DNA from: Amoeboradix gromovi X-113
Lineage: Eukaryota; Fungi; Sanchytriomycota
DNA length: 15,414 nt
Direction: 5' to 3'
Assembly (NCBI GenBank): GCA_018985225.1
Contig: JADGIF010000192.1
Coordinates: 1-15,414, forward strand
Part shown: piece by piece, positions 7,383 to 15,414 of the stretch
Layout of the letters: each line of letters begins with the position of its first letter
Numbering within the stretch: the first letter of the stretch is position 1
Made by a program: the position numbers and the translations under genes
The notes under the pieces: model-generated
Seen by the model: only the letters and a program-made list of their open reading frames with translations
Told to the model about the DNA's origin: nothing
Database searches by the model: none

Positions 7383-7706
7383 TGTGAAAAGGAAGAATAT
7401 AGAGTATTTAAGCTATTGGAAAAATCTGGAAAAGTGATGAAATTATATAAAAATGCATACAAATTCGCAATAAATGATTTATTCAAGAAAAAAATCGAGC
7501 TGCAACCATCGGAGGTTTTTCGTAGAACAAAATAGATTTTGCTGATTGTGATACTACCACACCCATTTACAGGTTTTTTGCAATGATGGAACATCCTGAA
7601 GCATTTCCTCGTTTTATGTTGACTCGCATAGTCAGCGGCACTGCTTGCAAGGTGCATCTGCGGTCGTAACAGATGTGTATATCAAGCATAGATTTAAACA
7701 AGATAT

Positions 7707-9026
7707 TTACTGTCGCATCCCATGTTCGAATATCCTCTTGCCTTGCAAATATAACATACTTTCTTGATAAGTCTCTGGCACTATAAACTTAATACGGGTC
7801 TCCTCTGTGGGCTTGAAGGTAAAATGGAACACGTTGGATGTCTCAAACTTACTGTCGCTCATCACATCTGCTATAACAATCACCTGGAACGCATCCTTCC
7901 ATTTCTTTGGCACATTCTGTCGGTCGCTTGGCGGGGTGCTGTACACAACCATTGACTTCAACCGCAGAATGGATCCCACAGGGACCGGCAGCCGAAAGAG
8001 CACGTCATCCATGGCTATGAAATCGATGGACTTTGACTTTGTGTAGATCATGGAGGTGCAGATAGCCAGATCGTAGGCAGTCCTCAGCAGATAGCCGCCG
8101 AATATGAAGTTGTGCACGTTCCGATCACTCGGCTGCATGAGGCTGGTCGTCTCCAAGGTGGTGGACCTCATGTAGCACCTGGACAGATCTATGCGCTTGG
8201 CATTCTCGTGCAACAGACTGCCATCCAATTCACCAATGAAAAGGTCGTGTATGGTTGCCAGCTCCAGGTTCGTGGGTGGCATGTTGATTAAGGACTGCTG
8301 ATTCTGCAGCTTCTTCACCGTTCGCAGCTGTGCACCTTGATTAAAGATTTGCTGCTCCTTCTCGTTCCTGATGGCCAGTGGATGAACCTGAACACTCTTC
8401 TGGAGGTACGCACAGCGAGCTACCATGCAGAACTTTGCAGTAAGGACTGGGATCCGCTTTTTCACGTTCCTGTTCAGGTCATCCACATCTGGATTCCCGC
8501 TATCTATATAAACACGGGTAACAATATCGCTGCTCTCTGGGGATGCTGCAGTGTATATCGGGATACTGGAGCTATCAAAGACACTCAGGTCAGGCAGCTT
8601 GTAGTCATCCTTGTAAACGATATGATTTATGGTTAGCGATATCTCCATGGATGAGCTGCCTACATAAGAGACATGGCCGTATATGATCATGTCCAGCATG
8701 AAGGTGGGCATGGAGATCAGGTCGATTCTGTCCACGCTGGCAGTAACGATGCTGATGAGCATCTCTGGGCTCTGCATGATGCGGCCATCGTCTAGGTGGC
8801 GGTAAGATATGGCAGCAGCCAATGCGTCTAGATTCTCCAGCAGCTTGGAGATGCGCAACTGCTTGTCGCTAGTGCTGTACAGCTCTCGAGTAAACGGATC
8901 AGACTTCAGAAATATCAGCTGCTGGATAAAGCTTTCTCTCATCGCCTTTGGCTTGATAACAAGCTCTGCGGGCTTTGTGGGCCTGGGCCGAGACAGTGTT
9001 TTCGAGAAATGAGTAAAACTCTGCAT
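7707..9026 (-). CDS. ACOT9-like double-hotdog acyl-CoA thioesterase; likely start is the ATG at 9026
   Basis: Motifs KLLENLDALAAAISYRH, IVTASVDRI, GHVSYVGSSSMEI, RNVHNFIFGGYLLRTAYDLA and FRLPVPVGSIL. Confidence 0.9.
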   Translation of the reverse strand: MQSFTHFSKTLSRPRPTKPAELVIKPKAMRESFIQQLIFLKSDPFTRELYSTSDKQLRISKLLENLDALAAAISYRHLDDGRIMQSPEMLISIVTASVDRIDLISMPTFMLDMIIYGHVSYVGSSSMEISLTINHIVYKDDYKLPDLSVFDSSSIPIYTAASPESSDIVTRVYIDSGNPDVDDLNRNVKKRIPVLTAKFCMVARCAYLQKSVQVHPLAIRNEKEQQIFNQGAQLRTVKKLQNQQSLINMPPTNLELATIHDLFIGELDGSLLHENAKRIDLSRCYMRSTTLETTSLMQPSDRNVHNFIFGGYLLRTAYDLAICTSMIYTKSKSIDFIAMDDVLFRLPVPVGSILRLKSMVVYSTPPSDRQNVPKKWKDAFQVIVIADVMSDSKFETSNVFHFTFKPTEETRIKFIVPETYQESMLYLQGKRIFEHGMRQ

Positions 9027-9053
9027 CACGGGAAGCCCGCCGAGTTCTAAACT

Positions 9054-10385
9054 ATGGAGAAATCTTTTGGCTTCGAGGATGCGCTGTTTATGGTTGTGGG
9101 CAACATGGTCGGCACAGGCATATTTGCAGCATCTCCACTCTTACTGCAATACACGCCGTCCACGGGTGATGCGCTGATCCTGTGGCTGTTGGCGGCCTTC
9201 ATCAGCTTTAGCGGGTCCATGTGTTTTGCCGAGCTTGCGCTACTGGTGCCGGACATGGGTTCCGAGGGCATCTACATAAAGAGCGGGTTTAGCTTCGTAG
9301 ACCCACGCTTGGGCAAAACGCTTGGATACCTCTTCAGCTGGACGGCAGTCACCCTGATGAAGACAGCTAGTGTGGCTGTAATGTGCGACATATGCAGTGT
9401 CTACCTTCTTAGCATATTTGCGGGCGATCCTTCCACATATGCAGAAAAGCTTGTCTCCCTTAGTCTTGTCAGCACTCTCTCACTGGTCGCGGTGTACTCC
9501 ACCCATTTAAGTAAAAATGTTAACAATGCAATGTTTTTCATCAAATCTTCTCTTGTTGCCTGGATTGTGCTGGCAGGACTGCTTGCAAATGTTTTCAATC
9601 GGGAGCTATGCAAAGGGGAGATCAGCTTCCGTCGCAGTGCAGGAGCCACATATGCCCAGATGCTTACAATCGGCTTGTTCGATGCAGGGTTTGCATTCGA
9701 CGGATGGAACAATCTCAACTACATGATCCCTGAGCTAAAGAACACAAAAGACCACATACGGGCACTCAAGGTGGGTGTGCCCGGAGTCGGTCTGGTATAC
9801 TTTCTGTTGAACATGTCCTACTTCATAGTGCTGGATAGGCAGTCCATCCTGAGCACGAACACAGTTGCCGATGTCTTTGGGTACCGGCTGTTGGGTGGCC
9901 TTGGAATCGTCGTGCCATGCCTTATTGTGTTCTCTGCTCTGGGTGCCCTGAACGGTGCGATCCTGAGCAACTCCAGGCTCATATACTCTTGCGCAGTGCA
10001 GGGTGACATTCCGTCCATCTTTGGATCACTGGGTGCCCATCGCACACCAAAGTACGGACTGCTGCTGAACTGGGTGCTGATATGCATCTATGTATTGCTC
10101 GGTGACATAGGGTCGCTTCTGTCGTTGTTCAGTCCGTTCTACTACGGCTTTCTTTGCCTATCTGCAGTCTCCATTGTCATACTGAGGTCAAAGAGACCTG
10201 CGGTAGAGTACAATGTGCCATGGTACATACTGACCAGCTTTGTGCTGTCGTCCCTATTTCTGTGGATAATGCCAATGTTTATAGAGCCACTCAAGTGGAT
10301 TACAGGATTAAGCATTATACTGTTCGGATTACTGGTTAGGAAATTCATACCTGAGCACTATTATGAGGAAGTCAATGATGACTGA
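9054..10385 (+). CDS. APC-superfamily L-type amino acid transporter (LAT/MUP1-like)
   Basis: TM1 motif GNMVGTGIF, CFAELA, TM6 motif FAFDGWNNLNY, and about 12 hydrophobic segments. Confidence 0.9.
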   Translation: MEKSFGFEDALFMVVGNMVGTGIFAASPLLLQYTPSTGDALILWLLAAFISFSGSMCFAELALLVPDMGSEGIYIKSGFSFVDPRLGKTLGYLFSWTAVTLMKTASVAVMCDICSVYLLSIFAGDPSTYAEKLVSLSLVSTLSLVAVYSTHLSKNVNNAMFFIKSSLVAWIVLAGLLANVFNRELCKGEISFRRSAGATYAQMLTIGLFDAGFAFDGWNNLNYMIPELKNTKDHIRALKVGVPGVGLVYFLLNMSYFIVLDRQSILSTNTVADVFGYRLLGGLGIVVPCLIVFSALGALNGAILSNSRLIYSCAVQGDIPSIFGSLGAHRTPKYGLLLNWVLICIYVLLGDIGSLLSLFSPFYYGFLCLSAVSIVILRSKRPAVEYNVPWYILTSFVLSSLFLWIMPMFIEPLKWITGLSIILFGLLVRKFIPEHYYEEVNDD

Positions 10386-10445
10386 GCATTTAAAATGTGA
10401 GTAAACAGATTTTACTCCAACGGCAAATTCCTAAACATATTTTCC

Positions 10446-12028
10446 ATGCGTCGTCTGAGTTCTGTTCTACTTGGGTTATTTGATGGAATGCTGCCGTCCC
10501 TCATGTCAATTTATTTGACCCCCATCTATGGTAATCTTTCTAATTTATATCAATTTGTTAGCTATTTGACAGTAACCACTAATTATTCAGCGTTCTATGT
10601 AGGTCTACTCTCTGCGTTCTTGTTAATCACGCGCAAGTGGTCTTCTAGCGCTAAATATATAATAACATTGTTTACTCCACTTATTTTAAAATATTTAGGT
10701 CATTATTTCTTGGAATTTGATCTACCAGAGGCTTTGCCAAATGGTATACTGTTCATGAGCATAATGCAGAGCGTAATACTGCTGCTACATTATTGCACAT
10801 CAATAGCATTCATCTCCTCTAAATTTCTTTACTTTTCCTTTTTCATTCTTGGCCTGAATGTTAGGGTCCCTTTTTCACCTAAGCAGGTACATGCAATTTT
10901 TATCGGATATTGTTATATACTGTACATTTGTGGCATGGAACACAATAGATCTGTTAGAAAGTCAAGATCGAAGAGCAACCTTAAGATAGTCACGCAAACG
11001 GATAGCCATTCATTTTTAAATTTTATAAAAGTGCTAGCTCAAATTGCCATGCCTATGCTTGCGTACTGGGGAAACATATTTGTTCAAAACGAACTGACTT
11101 CTCATATAGGTATAGTAGCGTCTCAATTTTCAACCAAAACAGGTTTAATTCAAGTTTTGCATCATCCTGATCATAACATGAGAACTTTACGAGCAGGTCA
11201 TTCCTTGATTGGAGGAATGTATGATAACGGGGACTGCATATGGGGAAGCTTCTATTTCCATGAATTTAGTAGATTAATAAGAAGACCAAACGCTGATACA
11301 CTGAGTGCGCGTTATCAAAAAGTCGTTTCACTGTATGTTTAAACTCATTTAGGGGTGTTGGCATTGGTATTACCGCAAAATCATTTGAGAAACTTAACTA
11401 CAACGTGACAGCCGTGGATCTGGATGCTGTAGTCTTAAATTTTGCTGAAAAATACTTTAACTTGAAAAATGTCGAACTGATTGCGATGGATGGCAGATCA
11501 TACTTGACTAGTTTACAAGATTATTCTGTCGACTTTTTATGTCATGACGTTTTTAGCGGAGGAAGTTCCCCAAGTTTATTGTTTAGCAACGAGTTCTTTG
11601 GTATAGCAGAGAAGAAACTGAAGAAAAATGGAGTGCTTACGATTAATCTACTTAGCCACCTAGTTTCAGGTAAAAATAAGGTCCTAAAACTACTATTGAG
11701 CACTCTTAGACAACATTTTAAACATATTGATGGATACAGAGATGGCACAATATCAGAGAAATACATGCAGAACATTGTGCTGTACTGCACGAACTTTGAA
11801 ATATCATATAGAGATTATAATGAGGAGGATGAAATGGGATCCCAAATGAGGAGTGTCTTTTTAAAGGAGATGAAGAATTTTAAAATCACACTAGAATATG
11901 AGGATGATGGATTTCTACTAACTGATTCAAACAATGAGCTAAATACAAATAGTTATCACAATCAGTTTGAGCATTTCGTAGTAATGAACAAGATGGTTGA
12001 TACGAATACGTGGATTCAATATGAGTAA
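10446..12028 (+). CDS. Membrane-anchored spermidine-synthase-like class I SAM-binding protein; two exons, 10446-11332 and 11353-12028, 520 aa
   Basis: Hydrophobic N-terminal half followed by TGLIQV and LRAGHSLIGG. Splicing restores motif I (VVSLGVGIGITAKSF), in frame with VTAVDLD, MDGRSYL, HDVFSGG and GVLTIN. The ORF track splits this gene in two. Confidence 0.88.
11333..11352 (+). other. 20-nt spliceosomal intron GTATGTTTAAACTCATTTAG
   Basis: Canonical GTATGT donor, CTCAT branch-like motif, TAG acceptor and an in-frame TAA. Excision restores GxGxG. Confidence 0.9.
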
Positions 12029-12828
12029 AAATAGTCAACAACGTTTCATTATCCATATTTTCATTAAGGGTCGCATTCAAGGAGTCAAAAAGACGTGAGT
12101 AATGCGCAATTACTCCTCTCAACTCTTAGTCGATGCTTCATTCTTTATCTGTGTTTGTGTTCTTTCGTGTTGCTCATGCCGAATTAGAAAAGCGCTCAAA
12201 TGATTTTGTTGCTTGATTTACTTGATTTTCTGCTCGTTGAGCGCGATGGGGAACTTTTTGAGTCTTTTTATCATGTCACATTGAAAACTATGACTTTGAG
12301 TTGAAACTGGATTACGCTGTAGCTACTTTACTGGTGGTTATGAATGCATTCTTGGAAAGAATTGCCAAGGTCTTGCGAAACAGCCTTGTTTGGATAACAT
12401 GCAGCTTGAGTTGCAATTTGGTGAGTTATGAATATTCTTCAATTTTTATGCCTTCGCAGTCTGATCTTAAGGAGCATCAAGATGCTAGTTCAGGAAATGC
12501 GGCGGTTAGTCAAGTAGGTTTGTAGCCGTCAGTTTTACTTGAATAAATAATTCATTACGATTATGCAAATCCGCAGCTCCAATATGCTTACTTTCTAGAG
12601 TTTTCTGGTTTTTTTTGCAAAGCCAAATTTATTTTTTTCATCTATGGCGGCTCAATAGGGTTAAACATGCAGTTGCGGTATTGTTCCGCACTTCAAGCGG
12701 TGCAACAGATATCCGCGATGAATGTGAAAGTAGACCACTATGTAGGTGCACGGTGACATACCGTCCTTTGTGGAGATGAGTGGATAATTGGTCTTCCTTA
12801 ATTGGATTCCTAAACAACGTATCAAGCA

Positions 12829-13581
12829 ATGGTTGTTGTTTTGATTTGTGCATCGCTCTTTATGGGGTCGTTTGTATTGGGGTACCTACCCTTCTTTATA
12901 AAAATGGATTCCACCAACATTAGCGTTGTTAGTGCAGGAATACTAGTGGGAGCAGGACTGGGAGTAATTTTACCAGAAAGTCTGGAATCAATGAGCAATA
13001 AAGAGTATGTCGGTATACTACTACTCTCTGGATTTATAGTAATGATGGCTGCAGACGTGTTGCTCCACAAGGAACACAAATATGAGGTCATGGATATAAC
13101 TATACATGATCGTACCAGTTCTAACGGAGATGGAATTACTTTGGGACTTATATTGCATGCCTTGGCAGATGGAGTTGCACTGGGTGCAGCATGTGCAAGT
13201 GATCAGGTAGCACTAGAAATCAGTATCTTTATAGCGATACTACTGCACAAGGGTCCCACAGCATTTGCACTAGTCAGCTTGCTGATAAAGCAGGGTGTCC
13301 CGCGTACAAAAGTGAGAAACAGCCTTTTGCTCTTCAGCTGCGCCAGCCCCTTTGCGACTTTTGCTACCTACCTGTTTCTGCTCGTATCTCAAGTTCAGTC
13401 CCAATGGATTGGCAGCATTCTCATATTTAGTGCTGGCACTTTCATCTATGTGGCTACTCTGCATGTAATTCCAGGAATTCTTCCTGCCAACAATCAGATC
13501 GATCGTAAAACATTTATGCTTCTGCTACTTGGTATTCTGGTGCCTGTCCTCGTGGATGTGACAATTCCACACACTCACTAA
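12829..13581 (+). CDS. ZIP-family metal transporter, ZIP9/ATX2-like
   Basis: Motifs SAGILVGAGLGVILPE, TLGLILHALADGVALGAA, IFIAILLHKGPTAFAL and FSAGTFIYVATLHV. Confidence 0.92.
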   Translation: MVVVLICASLFMGSFVLGYLPFFIKMDSTNISVVSAGILVGAGLGVILPESLESMSNKEYVGILLLSGFIVMMAADVLLHKEHKYEVMDITIHDRTSSNGDGITLGLILHALADGVALGAACASDQVALEISIFIAILLHKGPTAFALVSLLIKQGVPRTKVRNSLLLFSCASPFATFATYLFLLVSQVQSQWIGSILIFSAGTFIYVATLHVIPGILPANNQIDRKTFMLLLLGILVPVLVDVTIPHTH

Positions 13582-14099
13582 TTCATGACTTAATAAATTA
13601 CTAATCTGTCTTTCATTACAGACATAAAATTTGAAGCGCAAGTTGCAAAATGTCGAAAAGAAAGTAAATATAACGAAATTATCTTGCAAGTCATGTGATG
13701 ATGCGCACTCAGTTTCCTTACAATCTTTTGCTAAATAACTGCTAGATTACCAGGTGGGACATGAAAATTTCGCTTTTTCATCTTTAACTCATTACTGTTT
13801 TGTATTGTGCACTTGTCAATGACTTAGCGAATAGAGCCAAATTCTGAATCCAGAATACTTTATTCGAGTGTTTGATAGTTTAATCGAAGCTCATTTGTGA
13901 ATAAACACTGCGCCAAAAGGAATAATAAAATTGTCAGTTTGATAACAATTGTTCTTTTTTCTTTTACATCATAAATATTGTAAATAGAGAAGATAGCAAA
14001 AAATCCCAAACGATTTTATTATGAGATGGTACCACAAGAGTTACGGACTTATTGAGTAATTTTTGCCAAGTAAAAGGATAAAACATATCCCTGTATACC

Positions 14100-14882
14100 A
14101 TGATCACACTTGTAACATTACTGTTCTCGCTTTTTCACAATTATTTTGGTAGATCTCATTCAAAAATAGATGCCGAGATGAATTTTGATTATTTGGAGAA
14201 TTACAGTTTAAGAGATTTATCTAAAGATTGGAAGGAATTAGTTACATTCGCCAACATGAATTTTGTAGAGAATGTGGAAAAGGTATTTAGTCTTCAGGCT
14301 AATGGAATACAAGATTTTATATCTACTCATCCCCAGGACGGCAATGACATTGGTTTCCGAGCCCATTTAAGGGTACACTTCTGCTCACCTCTTTACAGGC
14401 TTGTTAATTCCGAGAACACCGATACTTATAAAGAAAACTGTTCAATGCTAAGTTACTTGGAATTTGAACCCCTTGACTGGCTGCATTTTACTACTATTAG
14501 GTTGTACTATATTACGGGTAAGACGAGGTTGGATGCAATTATAACCTCATCTTTAACGTTGCAATTTGTTAAAGATAATTTAATACTCGTAGAGTTTATG
14601 AACGAATACCGGATATCAACTTTTGTTCAAAATATGTCCTACATTTTCAAGGGCGAACATGAAAATGAATGGTACAAGATATTAGCAAGATCTGTTATAT
14701 GCGAAGGAGAAGATGTCTCAATTTCTAAAAATCAACTTTTAGCACGCTTGGGACAACATGCATTTCTTAGAAGGACCGGAAAGGCTTTGTTCGGTGAAAA
14801 TTACGCAGAATTCAAAATAGCATATGAAGAATCAAACTGGGGTACCCAAGCTAATATATTTAAAGCCGTATTAAGTACTTGA
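14100..14882 (+). CDS. Hypothetical protein, 260 aa, possible signal peptide
   Basis: Long ATG-initiated ORF in AT-rich DNA with a hydrophobic N-terminus; no recognised motif. Confidence 0.6.
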   Translation: MITLVTLLFSLFHNYFGRSHSKIDAEMNFDYLENYSLRDLSKDWKELVTFANMNFVENVEKVFSLQANGIQDFISTHPQDGNDIGFRAHLRVHFCSPLYRLVNSENTDTYKENCSMLSYLEFEPLDWLHFTTIRLYYITGKTRLDAIITSSLTLQFVKDNLILVEFMNEYRISTFVQNMSYIFKGEHENEWYKILARSVICEGEDVSISKNQLLARLGQHAFLRRTGKALFGENYAEFKIAYEESNWGTQANIFKAVLST

Positions 14883-15414
14883 GATAGTTTAGTAAATTGC
14901 ATATAGACCAACCACTGCTTTCTTACTACCATCGACCAAAACTCTGGAATGGTACTTTCTGTTATCTTTATAAGTGCCGTCAAGATATTCAATCCTTTCT
15001 TATCGCGTTTCTTCACTTATACATATCTTGCTTAGGACTGATCATTTTATTTGAGTAGCAACTTAAATAATACTGTCATCGGTTTACTGTTTTATGAAAA
15101 GAAAACAAACCATGCTAGTCATACGTAAACCTTGTCAAATTATTTGAATGAGTCATAAGCCATCACAGAGCTCATAGACGCAATTATAAAATGGGTGAGA
15201 AAGAGACGAATCAATTTTCAAGTCATTTAACATTTGGGACATGCTCTGTAAAAACTAGACTAGACAATTTGTATCGAAATTTCAAAAATAAATATTCTGT
15301 ATAGCTATTCTTTTGCCCTTTCATCTAGCCTTTATTTTAGATTTGTACGGTAACTATTGACTTTATGATTTCAAATACAATTCAATCAGAGTTGAAAGAA
15401 GAGGATTGCCCCTT

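Larger units (their letters stand above)
6899..7496 (-). mobile_element. Non-autonomous IS607-like/Fanzor2 deletion derivative (copy B)
   Basis: It shares the left-end block (7309-7496) and right-end block (6901-7124) with copy A and contains tnpA and Fanzor2 remnants between them. Confidence 0.9.

Noticed and set aside
7302-7535. Plus-strand 77-aa ORF, with a similar peptide (YRVFKLLEKSGKV) at about 1020-1133
   Set aside because: It is antisense to the element's left end. Copy A is frameshifted relative to its ATG, and the substitutions are not convincingly biased to synonymous sites. DNA-level end conservation explains it.
2980-13464. The many small antisense or nested ORFs in the track (e.g. 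2980-3237, 4080-4536, 8337-8636, 9401-10348, 11542-11790)
   Set aside because: They are shadows of well-supported genes on the opposite strand or in alternative frames.
13695-13847. Box C/D snoRNA (GTGATGA...CTGA)
   Set aside because: Spacing is long, no terminal stem or rRNA complementarity is evident, and such motifs arise by chance.
14875-14892. Possible 18-nt intron extending the orphan ORF
   Set aside because: No CTMAT branch motif, and the spliced frame stops after four codons.

Overview
This is gene-dense, AT-rich eukaryotic DNA, most likely from a compact fungal-lineage genome; that is inferred from the gene families, and the species cannot be determined from the window. It holds about ten host genes: UPF0658-like membrane protein, cytochrome b5, proteinase K-like subtilase, tectonin-like protein, TMEM135-like protein, ACOT9-like thioesterase, LAT/MUP1-type permease, a TM-anchored spermidine-synthase-like SAM-binding protein, a ZIP9/ATX2-like transporter and an orphan. 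The ORF track misses two things. (1) Decayed IS607-like/Fanzor2 (eukaryotic TnpB) elements. Two internally deleted copies (about 568-1130 and 6899-7496, minus strand) keep a left end, a tnpA HTH stub, the Fanzor RuvC/zinc-finger tail and a conserved structured omegaRNA-like right end followed by different guide-like flanks. There is also a more degenerate third copy (about 222-400) and a probable second family at 1-206 on the plus strand. (2) Ultra-short 19- and 20-nt GT-AG introns whose removal restores conserved protein motifs. All translations, alignments and folds were done by eye.
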